Source: Planctomycetales bacterium (GTDB lineage: Bacteria; 4484-113). From it: a stretch of DNA of 36,239 nt. Both the position numbers and the translations under genes were made by a program. The stretch is from NCBI GenBank assembly GCA_037445915.1, contig JBBIJQ010000016.1, forward strand, positions 1 to 36,239, read 5' to 3'. The notes below the pieces were generated by a model. The model had not been told where the DNA came from. It worked only from the letters and a program-made list of their open reading frames with translations, and made no database searches. The first letter of the stretch is position 1. Each line of letters opens with the position of its first letter. Below are positions 27,656 through 35,863 of this stretch, in pieces.

Positions 27656-28537
27656 GTGCCAACCAAGAAAAAAGCGCTAGGGCGCGGATTACAGGCGCTG
27701 GGGCGGAATGTGCAGATTCCCGGCGCCGCGCTGAGCGAATCCGTAATGAAGACCCGCCCGCCTTCAGAACTGACAATTTCATCAATCACGCCCAACCGCT
27801 TTCAGCCGCGCACTGAAGTCGCGCCGGAGTCGCTGCAAAGCCTCGTTGATTCCATAAAGCTGCACGGCGTGATGGAACCGATACTTGTGCGGCCTTCCAC
27901 TGGCGGGAAGTATGAGCTGGTGGCGGGGCAGCGCAGGCTGCTTGCCGCGAAGATGGTGGGGCTGAAGTCAATTCCCGCCGTCGTGCAGGAGCTGAGCGAC
28001 GAGCAGGTCTTGGTGCTTTCGCTGGTGGAGAACTTGCAGCGCGAAGACCTCAATCCTGCCGACGAGGCGCGCGCATTTCAAACGCTGTCCAGCCGCTTTG
28101 GCCTTACGCATGAGGCGATAGGCGAGGCAGTGAGCAAGGGCAGGACTTATATCACCAACTCGCTTCGGCTGCTAATGCTTGAAAAGCCTGCGCTTGATGC
28201 GCTTGCGTCAGGCAGGCTCACGCGCGGTCAGGCGCTGGCGCTGCTGGCATGCCCGCAGCCTTCGCGCGCCGCCGCATTGAAGCAGGCGCTAGGGAAGGGA
28301 ATGACGGTGCGCCAAATTGAGGAGATGGCGAAGGCAGCGCCGAAACCCAAAGTCAAGGCGAAGCCTGAGAAAAGCGCGCACCTAGAGCGCGTCGCTTCGG
28401 AGCTGGAACAGGCGCTGGGAACGCGGGTGCGTATTGAGCCCAAGAAGAAGGGCGGCGAGGTTATCATAGCCTACACGAGCGATGCTGACCTGAACCGCAT
28501 ATTTCGGCTGCTCGTTAAAAACGAGAACCCGTATTAA
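27656..28537 (+). CDS. parB: Chromosome partitioning protein ParB/Spo0J
   Basis: ALGRGL.AL ParA-binding peptide, PNRFQPR, AGQRR..A, ENLQREDLNP, HTH, C-terminal dimerisation domain. Confidence 0.95.
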   Translation: MPTKKKALGRGLQALGRNVQIPGAALSESVMKTRPPSELTISSITPNRFQPRTEVAPESLQSLVDSIKLHGVMEPILVRPSTGGKYELVAGQRRLLAAKMVGLKSIPAVVQELSDEQVLVLSLVENLQREDLNPADEARAFQTLSSRFGLTHEAIGEAVSKGRTYITNSLRLLMLEKPALDALASGRLTRGQALALLACPQPSRAAALKQALGKGMTVRQIEEMAKAAPKPKVKAKPEKSAHLERVASELEQALGTRVRIEPKKKGGEVIIAYTSDADLNRIFRLLVKNENPY

Positions 28538-28579
28538 TCCCGACTGCTTTCCGCTGCGCCTTGCGCAATGCCAGCCCCG

Positions 28580-30109
28580 CTAGCCGACGTGGAAATACTC
28601 GTCGACCAGCCTGCGGGTGTATTCCTCATCGCTTCGCGCCATCTTCAGCATATCGCGGTCGTTGAACTTCTTCAGGCTAGCCGCAATGCCATCAATCATA
28701 TCCGCTTGGAAGATCCCGTCGGCTTCAAAATAGTCGCGCAAGCGCAGCAGCGCGGAAGCCGACTCGTCGCACGAAGACGGCAGCTTCTCAAAGGTGTGCA
28801 TAAGCTGCTCGTTCTTGAACAAATTGCCCTCTACTTGCAGCTCCTTGGCGCGCTGGATGGCATCGGCTTCACGGTAGCCGCAGACGACCGCAGCCGCGAG
28901 CCCGGCTAGAAGCTGGTGCATATTGGCCGAGCCGTCGCTCACGCGGTATTCAAGCGTCTGGCGGGGGATGCTCTTCCATTGCGCCGCCGTTTCGTCTTGC
29001 GGGTTGGCTATCGACGCCATAAGGTCTGCGCCCACCCAGCCCAGCGGGACGCGCACTAGCGCCGAGCGGTTGGACTTGCCCCAGCAAATGTTGGTCGGCG
29101 CCTCGTGGTGCGGCATTAGGCGCAGGTAGCTCGTGGGGACAGTGTTCCCGAATGCGGTCAGCCCAGGGGCCAGATGGAGCATCCCGTAGTTTGCCCTCAG
29201 GGCGAGGCCGGTCAGCTCGCCTGCTTCGTCAAGGAGCTGGCTCCTTCCATCCTTGAGCAGGTCAATATGCACGTGCAAACCTGAGCCGGCATGCTCAATG
29301 CCGACTTTCGGCGCGTAGGTCACTGTCACGCCCATCTCTGCGCTGAAGTTGCGCAGCAGCCACTTCGCGAGGACGATATGGTCGGCGGCGACGTCAAGCG
29401 GTTCCGGCAGAAGCTCTATCTCGTGCTGCTCCATCCGCATGTCGCCATGGGATGGGACATGGCCGACTTCGGAATGGCCGTACTTCACCAGCGCGCCCAT
29501 CCTCGCCAGCTCCAGCATTGTCACCTCGCGCAGGTGCGCCCATTTCACGAAGGGTGTGGACTCGTGGTAATTGCGCTGAGGGATGCCGGGGTACACTTCA
29601 TGCTCTGCGCCGAAGACGACATAGTATTCAAGCTCGCCCATCGCCAGCATCTCAACTCCTGCGACTCCTTGGAGAACCTGCATCGCCTTGCGCGTCAAGT
29701 TGTCCGGAGACGACGGCAGCGGGTCGCCCTTCATGTCAAAGTAGCTGCACAGGAGGTTAAGCGTCGGCTCTGCGGAAAAGGGATTGATGAAAGCCGTGCT
29801 GTATCGGGGGACTACATATAGGTCGCTTGCGCCAGGGTCAATGTGGCTGAAGATGCTTGAGCCGTCAACTCTCTCGCCTTCGTGCAGGATACGGTCAAGG
29901 TGCTTCTCGTCATGCGGCGCGAAACTCAATGTCTTAAGCCTGCCGTCACCGGCGACATAGCAAAAATTCACGCAATCAAAGCCCTGTGCGCGAATAAACT
30001 TGATGATATTCTTAGAAGTGAAAGAACAGCGCTCTTTCTGAAGCTCGCTGGCGATAGCGTCAACGGTTTTGCCTGAGAGGCGATATTCGAGGTTGTCGTC
30101 TTTTTTCAT
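28580..30109 (-). CDS. glnA: Glutamine synthetase type I family (long N terminus)
   Basis: VDGSS, ELEYY, HSEVG, QHEIE, GSGLHVH, SYLRL, NRSALVRVP, EYRVSDG; AGGAGA SD before ATG 30109. Confidence 0.9.
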   Translation of the reverse strand: MKKDDNLEYRLSGKTVDAIASELQKERCSFTSKNIIKFIRAQGFDCVNFCYVAGDGRLKTLSFAPHDEKHLDRILHEGERVDGSSIFSHIDPGASDLYVVPRYSTAFINPFSAEPTLNLLCSYFDMKGDPLPSSPDNLTRKAMQVLQGVAGVEMLAMGELEYYVVFGAEHEVYPGIPQRNYHESTPFVKWAHLREVTMLELARMGALVKYGHSEVGHVPSHGDMRMEQHEIELLPEPLDVAADHIVLAKWLLRNFSAEMGVTVTYAPKVGIEHAGSGLHVHIDLLKDGRSQLLDEAGELTGLALRANYGMLHLAPGLTAFGNTVPTSYLRLMPHHEAPTNICWGKSNRSALVRVPLGWVGADLMASIANPQDETAAQWKSIPRQTLEYRVSDGSANMHQLLAGLAAAVVCGYREADAIQRAKELQVEGNLFKNEQLMHTFEKLPSSCDESASALLRLRDYFEADGIFQADMIDGIAASLKKFNDRDMLKMARSDEEYTRRLVDEYFHVG

Positions 30110-30154
30110 CCGGGATTCTCCTATGATTTTCGCGGCATCACCCGCGGGCGTGGA

Positions 30155-30163
30155 ATTATACCA
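30155..30163 (-). promoter_or_regulatory. Extended -10 (TGgTATAAT) of glnA
   Basis: About 45 nt before the ATG; leadered, with SD. Confidence 0.65.
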
Positions 30164-30372
30164 GCGAACCGGAAAAGGTTGTAGCTCAAGCCTGGATTTA
30201 CGAACGATTCGGGGACATGTTGAATGCCGTTCAAGACGAATTTGCATCGGTGGAACAGCTACAAGTGCCGCGCAAGGACCGCGAAGCAAGGCATTCGGAA
30301 TAGAAGCTAGCCTTAACATTTATGAAACAAAGGCGACCGCTTGCGGGATGGTTCTCAACGCGACGCGCCTTC

Positions 30373-30468
30373 TTATCGGTTTGTAACACAAACCAATAAT
30401 ACACGCTGGTTGAACAAACGACTTGCACATCTCCGCCCAATGCCTTAGAATGTGTTTGTGTCTCAAAC
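30373..30468 (+). promoter_or_regulatory. Promoter TTGCAC-17-TAGAAT with two GTTTG-N5-CAAAC candidate operators
   Basis: -35 30423-30428, -10 30446-30451; palindromes at 30379-30393 and 30454-30468. Confidence 0.6.
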
Positions 30469-30775
30469 TGTTCCAACCTCATATCCTAAGCCGGCAGATT
30501 TGAGCCGCTTGATTCACGAGCCGGTGCGCTTGCATATCTTGCTGCATCTAGCGTCGGCAGGCGATGAGCTGCGATTCAGTGAACTTCGGCGGCGGCTTGG
30601 GGTTACGCAGGGCAACCTCGCTTCACACCTTCGCATGCTTGCGCGCGCAGGCGTTGTTGAGGCTGTTCACCTTTTCGGCGAGCCTAATGCTGAATACTAC
30701 CGCCTCACTTTACAGGGCCGCGTGGAGCTTTTGGCATACCTGGAGAAGCTACAGGCCGTTCTTGCGCTGCTTTAG
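30458..30775 (+). CDS. Winged-helix transcriptional regulator (ArsR/MarR-like, HTH_34 type)
   Basis: LIHEPVRL.IL..L, FSEL...LGVTQGNL.SHL..L...G.V, Y.LT..GR; start GTG 30458, 6 nt after -10. Confidence 0.85.
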   Translation: MSQTVPTSYPKPADLSRLIHEPVRLHILLHLASAGDELRFSELRRRLGVTQGNLASHLRMLARAGVVEAVHLFGEPNAEYYRLTLQGRVELLAYLEKLQAVLALL

Positions 30776-30856
30776 CTTAATGCCCCGATCGGGAAGCTAT
30801 ATCACGCATGGGCGCGGTATATATTAGATATTCAATTCAGCCAAAACGGAGAATTC

Positions 30857-31327
30857 ATGGCGCTAGACAATCCAATTATTGAGCCCGACGGCAGCCAGAA
30901 GTTGGCCGTCGCGCTTTTCAACAAGACCTGGGAATACCTTGAGAATCCTAGCCGCACGCCGCTTGACGATGAGATGATGCTGCACTGCGCACATGCTTCA
31001 TGCTGGCACTGGCTGCAGGCGGGAACAGCGCTGCACCACGCACGGGGCGCATGGCTCATCTCCAGGGCTTACGCGGTGCTTGGCCACGGCCAGCCTGCCC
31101 TCGCTTTCGCAAGAAGGTGTTTGGGCTTGTGCATAGAGAACGGTTTCAAGGACTTTGACGCCGCATATGCGCACGAGGCGGTGGCGCGGGCATGCGCGCT
31201 TACCGGTGACGCAGCGTGCTTTGAAGAGCACCTGGGCGCGGCGAAACTTGCGGCGGAGGCGATAGCAGCGGCAGAAGACCGCGAGTTGTTCCTCTCAGAC
31301 CTCGCCAGCGTTCCCGGATTCCATTAG
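30857..31327 (+). CDS. Conserved-looking all-helical hypothetical protein
   Basis: GGAG SD; FNKTWEYLE, AHAS.WHW, RG.W..SR.YA, AYAHEA.ARA. Confidence 0.75.
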   Translation: MALDNPIIEPDGSQKLAVALFNKTWEYLENPSRTPLDDEMMLHCAHASCWHWLQAGTALHHARGAWLISRAYAVLGHGQPALAFARRCLGLCIENGFKDFDAAYAHEAVARACALTGDAACFEEHLGAAKLAAEAIAAAEDRELFLSDLASVPGFH

Positions 31328-31412
31328 CCTCGCGCCGACACCCGTAGACATCGCTGCTGATTTCTGGTATATAGCCGCCGCATTTTGAGCGCCTAAAAAT
31401 TAGGAGTGCGCG

Positions 31413-33032
31413 ATGGGAAAGCCGAAAAGCGCTGTTATCAGCGTTTACAACAAGAGTTGGATAACCACGCTGGGGAGGTTTTTAGCGGCCGAAGGCGTCG
31501 CAATCTTCTCCTCGGGCGGCACGCTTGCCGAACTCAAGAAGAAGAAAGTCTCCGCCAAGCCGATTGAGCACCTTACCGGCGCCAAGGAAATCCTTGACGG
31601 CCGCGTAAAAACGCTGCATTACAGCCTGTATGCCGGGTTGCTCGCCGACCGCGAGAACAATAAGCACAAAAAGACGCTGGACGACATCGGCGTCCCGCCG
31701 CTTGATATTGTCATCGTAAACTTCTACCCCTTCATTGACAAGGTGAAGGCGCGCACGAAAATGGAAGACGCGCGCGAGCTTATAGACATCGGCGGAGTCA
31801 CGCTGGTGCGCGCAGCCGCGAAGAATTTCCCGCATGTGGTCGTGCTGGTTGACCCCAACGACTACAAGGACTTCACGCAGGCATGGAAAGACACGAACGG
31901 CGAGATTCCCTTTGAGCTTCGCCGCAAGTACGCCTTGAAGGCGTTTGCATATTGCCGCGAATACGACCAGGCGATTGAGGATTACTTCCACTCCGCAAGC
32001 ACTGCTGAGAAGGAAGAGGGCGAGCGTGCCGATACGCCCACCATTGAGCTGGACAGCCGTATTGACATGAGCTTCAACCGCCTGCGCATCCTGCGCTACG
32101 GCGAGAACCCGCACCAGCGCGCCGCGCTTTACGCGCCGTCGCCGGGAACGTCCGTCCCCTTCCGCGTGCTGCACAACAAAGACTTGAGCTACAACAACCT
32201 CCAGGACGCGAGCGGCGCCCTGCGCATCTGCCGAATGCCTTACGAGAAGCCGCACGTCGCCTGCGTCATCAAGCACGTAAACCCCTGTGGCATGGCGATT
32301 GACGACAGCCCCTTGAAGGCCATCCAGCGCGCCAAGGAAGGCGACCCGGTTTCAGCATACGGCGGCATCCTCGGCGTGAATTTTGAAATCGGCATGCCCG
32401 AGGCGAAAGAAATCGCCAAGACGTTCCTTGAAGTCGTCGTCGCGCCGAAGTTCGCGCCGGAAGCCGCGCGCGAGCTGGCGGCGAAGAAGAAGCTGCGGCT
32501 TGTTGAAATCGGCGAGGCCGCGTTCCGTGAAGACCGCAAGCGCGTAATGGACGCTATTGAGTCAGGCCGCGACATGCCGCTGCGTTTCTCTAGCAGCCCG
32601 TTTGGCTTCCTCGTGCAGGAAGACGATTTGCGCTTGACCAAGCCCGGCGATATTGAAGTAGTGAGCGACTTGCCGCTTCGCCCGGCTTACAAGCCCGACG
32701 TTCTGCTCGGCCTCACCGCCATCCGCTTCCTCAAGAGCAACTCCATCGCACTGTTCAAGGACGGTATGATGGTGGGAGCGGGGATGGGCCAACCTAGCCG
32801 CGTTGATGCTGCGAAGATCGCGATTGAGAAAGCCGGCAAACGCGCTTCAGGCGCCGTGCTCGTATCCGACGGGTTCTTCCCCTTCGCTGACACGGTGGAG
32901 CTGGCGCACAAGGCCGGCGTCGCCGTAGCCGTCGCGCCTAAGGGCTCTATCCGCGACCACGAAGTCATCCAGCGCGCCAACGACTTGAAGCTCTGCCTCG
33001 TCTTCGTCCCCGAACGCCATTTCCTGCATTAG
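31413..33032 (+). CDS. purH: Bifunctional AICAR transformylase/IMP cyclohydrolase
   Basis: ISVY.K, GRVKTLH, IDIGG..LVRAAAKN, LRYGENPHQ, SYNN, KH.NPCG, KSN.I, SDGFFPF, RHF.H; AGGAG SD. Confidence 0.96.
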   Translation: MGKPKSAVISVYNKSWITTLGRFLAAEGVAIFSSGGTLAELKKKKVSAKPIEHLTGAKEILDGRVKTLHYSLYAGLLADRENNKHKKTLDDIGVPPLDIVIVNFYPFIDKVKARTKMEDARELIDIGGVTLVRAAAKNFPHVVVLVDPNDYKDFTQAWKDTNGEIPFELRRKYALKAFAYCREYDQAIEDYFHSASTAEKEEGERADTPTIELDSRIDMSFNRLRILRYGENPHQRAALYAPSPGTSVPFRVLHNKDLSYNNLQDASGALRICRMPYEKPHVACVIKHVNPCGMAIDDSPLKAIQRAKEGDPVSAYGGILGVNFEIGMPEAKEIAKTFLEVVVAPKFAPEAARELAAKKKLRLVEIGEAAFREDRKRVMDAIESGRDMPLRFSSSPFGFLVQEDDLRLTKPGDIEVVSDLPLRPAYKPDVLLGLTAIRFLKSNSIALFKDGMMVGAGMGQPSRVDAAKIAIEKAGKRASGAVLVSDGFFPFADTVELAHKAGVAVAVAPKGSIRDHEVIQRANDLKLCLVFVPERHFLH

Positions 33033-33092
33033 CGCGCAGACGAGTTCAAGTAGAATTGGGCAAGTAGTAGGTTATCTGCGCAGCCCGCGCGG

Positions 33093-33098
33093 TATAAT
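33093..33098 (+). promoter_or_regulatory. -10 (TATAAT) of hypC, leaderless
   Basis: 6 nt before ATG 33105; no SD. Confidence 0.65.
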
Positions 33099-33104
33099 CG
33101 GCGT

Positions 33105-33344
33105 ATGTGCTTGGCTGTCCCCGGCATGATTGAGGAACTAGAGGGCGACATGGCGAAGGTGCGCATTGAAGGCATCGTCATTGACGCCAACGTCGCGCTC
33201 ATTGACGCGCCCAAGCCCGGCGATTACGTCCTTGTCCACGCAGGTTACGCCATCCAGCGGCTGGAGCCGGAGGACGCTGAGGAGACGTTCAGGTTGCTGC
33301 GTGAGCTGGCAAGTTTTCAGGACGCGCTGGACGAAAAACATTGA
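33105..33344 (+). CDS. hypC: [NiFe]-hydrogenase maturation chaperone HypC
   Basis: MCLAVPG, GDYVLVHAGYAI. Confidence 0.96.
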   Translation: MCLAVPGMIEELEGDMAKVRIEGIVIDANVALIDAPKPGDYVLVHAGYAIQRLEPEDAEETFRLLRELASFQDALDEKH

Positions 33345-34423
33345 CCGCGCCCAGCCCACTTGAGATTGTTGAGCTAATCCGCAGCCTTCCCCTGCGCCCC
33401 GCGAAGTTCATGGAAGTTTGCGGCACGCACACCGTCGCCATTTTCCGCGCGGGCATCCGCAACACGCTGCTGGCCGAGCGCGCGATTGAGATGGTGTCGG
33501 GGCCGGGCTGCCCCGTATGCGTTACCGCCGCTGCCGAGATTGACTGCGCTGCGCAGCTCGTCTTGAACGACCCCAACGTCATCCTCACGGCATACGGCGA
33601 CATCTTCCGCGCCAAGGGGCATAAGACATCGCTCGCCGAGGTCCGCGCGCAGGGCGCTGACGTGCGCATGGTGCTCACGCCGAATGAAAACATAACGCTT
33701 GCGGAAGCAAACCCCGACAGGCTGGTCGTCTTTTTCAGCATCGGCTTTGAGACGACGCAGCCCGGCATCGCGCACACAGTTCTTGAAGCGCAGCGGCGCG
33801 GGTTGAAGAACTTCAGCGTGTATGTGAGCCACAAGCTCGTCGCGCCGGTGCTTTGCGTGCTGGCGCAAGACCCGCGCTTGAAGCTGGACGGCTTCATCCT
33901 GCCGGGGCACGTTTCCAGTGTCATAGGCGAGGAGCCCTATAAGTTCCTGGCGGACGAGCGCGGGCTGCCCGGCGTTATCGCGGGATTTGAGCCGATGGAC
34001 ATCCTCGCAGCGCTGTATGAGCTTCTCATCATGCGCGAGCAGGGCAAGCCGCGCATCGTCAATTCCTACCGCAGCGCAGTGCCGCCGCAGGGCAATCCCA
34101 AGGCGCTTGGGGCGATAGACGCAGTGTTTGAGCCTGCCGATACTCACTGGCGCGGCATCGGCACGATACCGATGTCGGGGCATAAGCTAAGGCCGAAGTT
34201 CATCGCGTTTGACGCGCACGAACGGTTCGGGCTGCCGCGTATCACCGAAGACGAATCGGGATTCGGAGCATGCTGCTGCGGCGAAGTGCTGCTGGGATTG
34301 CAGACGCCGCTTGAATGCCCGCTGTTCGGCGTCCAATGCACGCCCGACAATCCGCTAGGCGCGTGCATGGTTTCAAGCGAGGGCGCGTGCGCCAACTACT
34401 TTAGATACGGCGAAAGGCGTTAG
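33341..34423 (+). CDS. hypD: [NiFe]-hydrogenase maturation protein HypD
   Basis: MEVCGTHT, GPGCPVC, GFETT, PGHVS, C-terminal Cys cluster CGEVL..CPLFG..CTP..P.GACMVSSEGAC; TTGA overlap with hypC. Confidence 0.97.
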   Translation: MTAPSPLEIVELIRSLPLRPAKFMEVCGTHTVAIFRAGIRNTLLAERAIEMVSGPGCPVCVTAAAEIDCAAQLVLNDPNVILTAYGDIFRAKGHKTSLAEVRAQGADVRMVLTPNENITLAEANPDRLVVFFSIGFETTQPGIAHTVLEAQRRGLKNFSVYVSHKLVAPVLCVLAQDPRLKLDGFILPGHVSSVIGEEPYKFLADERGLPGVIAGFEPMDILAALYELLIMREQGKPRIVNSYRSAVPPQGNPKALGAIDAVFEPADTHWRGIGTIPMSGHKLRPKFIAFDAHERFGLPRITEDESGFGACCCGEVLLGLQTPLECPLFGVQCTPDNPLGACMVSSEGACANYFRYGERR

Positions 34424-34424
34424 C

Positions 34425-35000
34425 CTAGCTGTAACGGTTAACAGTGAAGATGAACAGCTTGTAAGGCCGCCGCAGGTCAATCCCGCCTTTTTGCGCGACG
34501 ATGCGCTTCTGAGTCGCCGCGTCATTCACGCCTTCCAGGTCGGGCAGCAGCAGCCCTCGGCGGTATTCCTGCTCTATTATCAGGCCGTAACGCTTAGGGT
34601 CCAGCTCGGATTCTTCCGCAGGGCGCGGCTCGCTCAAGACATCTACGCTGACATCAAGCATCGGCAACTCAGCGGCATTGACCGGCGGGAAGCGCGGGTC
34701 GCGGGTGGATGCGCTAATCGCGTTTTGGACAATCTCTTCCGCCAGGCCTTGCGTTAGCGGCTCAATCGTGCCTATGCAGCCGCGAAGCTGGCCGCGCATT
34801 TTGAGCGACACGAAACACGCAGCTTTGCGCGACATCTCGGTTTTATGCGGCTCCAGCGCTGCGGCAAGCTCAGGCGGGATGCTGCCCAGGTCAAGGGCGC
34901 GGCGCCCGGGGATAAAGGAATACATTGATGCATACGCGAGCTTTACGAAGGGATGGAAGTTCTCGCTTAGATACCAATCCTGCGCCTTTTCACCGCCCAT
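34425..35000 (-). CDS. amrA: AmmeMemoRadiSam system protein A (AMMECR1 domain)
   Basis: ACFVSLK..GQLRGCIGT, A..RDPRF.P, VDVLS, GLLLPDLEGV; GGAGG SD. Confidence 0.92.
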   Translation of the reverse strand: MGGEKAQDWYLSENFHPFVKLAYASMYSFIPGRRALDLGSIPPELAAALEPHKTEMSRKAACFVSLKMRGQLRGCIGTIEPLTQGLAEEIVQNAISASTRDPRFPPVNAAELPMLDVSVDVLSEPRPAEESELDPKRYGLIIEQEYRRGLLLPDLEGVNDAATQKRIVAQKGGIDLRRPYKLFIFTVNRYS

Positions 35001-35787
35001 TGCCGCCTCCTGATATCTTTCCTACCAAGTATCCCACGCCGAACGGGTCGTCATACGAATAGACTTCGCCCTTCGTATCCTCGCCGTCCATCACGCCGAA
35101 GCCCATTAGGAACGAGCAAAGGCCGCATTGCTGGGCGTTGCGGATGAAGCCTTCGTCCAATGCGAGCAACGGCTTCGGGTCGGCGGCTTTCACGGCTTCG
35201 CTGACGATGCTGTCAAACACCGGGCCTTCGGGAGTGGCCCTGCGCCCGGGTGTGTTGCGCGTGCTGTGTGATAAATCACCGCTTGCGACGTATTGCACGC
35301 TGCCGCCGTTCTTGCGCAGGATGCCTCCGAGCAACTTGCCTGCATCGTAAAACGACTTGAGGCTGCCCCACACCGCCGACAGGACGGCGAGGCGCGGCGT
35401 GCATCCCGCCTTTTGCAGGTAGTCAAGGAACACCAGCTCGCCGTGGTCAAGCTTGGGCGTGTGCACCGGCTGAAAGAAGCCGCCGCCTTGCCCCAGCACT
35501 TCGGCCGCCAAGTCAAGGTCGTTCTTAAACGCGTATTTGAGCTGCGGGTAACCGAATTCGGCGAAGCTTCCTGCGAGGGCAGGCTCGGTGTAAACGCCGA
35601 TGCTGCCTATGCCGCCCTGCGCGTGCGGGGAGCTGATAACGATGGTCTCAGGATTCATCTGCGCCATCTCCCCCGCCAAGCGCTTCATCGCAGCGCACGT
35701 CTGCGCCGCCTCGCGAGTGTGTTCGCCGCCGATTTCCTCCAGGATAATCGGCGGGTGGGGGACGAAGCTGCATTGCATCCCGCTCAC
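34990..35787 (-). CDS. Memo/LigB-family protein (AmmeMemoRadiSam protein B-like)
   Basis: PHPP, SPH, DHG, ASGDLSH, FD, CG, Y..PFGVGY; overlaps the amrA start. Confidence 0.85.
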   Translation of the reverse strand: MSGMQCSFVPHPPIILEEIGGEHTREAAQTCAAMKRLAGEMAQMNPETIVISSPHAQGGIGSIGVYTEPALAGSFAEFGYPQLKYAFKNDLDLAAEVLGQGGGFFQPVHTPKLDHGELVFLDYLQKAGCTPRLAVLSAVWGSLKSFYDAGKLLGGILRKNGGSVQYVASGDLSHSTRNTPGRRATPEGPVFDSIVSEAVKAADPKPLLALDEGFIRNAQQCGLCSFLMGFGVMDGEDTKGEVYSYDDPFGVGYLVGKISGGGNGR

Positions 35788-35817
35788 AGGCCGCCTCCAG
35801 CGATACTGCTGCCGCCG

Positions 35818-35826
35818 ATTATATCA
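35818..35826 (-). promoter_or_regulatory. Extended -10 (TGaTATAAT) of the Memo-AMMECR1 pair
   Basis: About 30 nt before the start; GGAGG SD present. Confidence 0.55.
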
Positions 35827-35863
35827 TTGCGCCGCGAACCCAGGCGTTGCTATGAGTCCATAA

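Noticed and set aside
30110..30319. 70-aa N-terminal extension of glnA
   Set aside because: SD and promoter support ATG 30109; the extension runs through the promoter
31328..31412. Possible ZTP (pfl) riboswitch before purH
   Set aside because: Gap is short and lacks the recognisable aptamer and terminator
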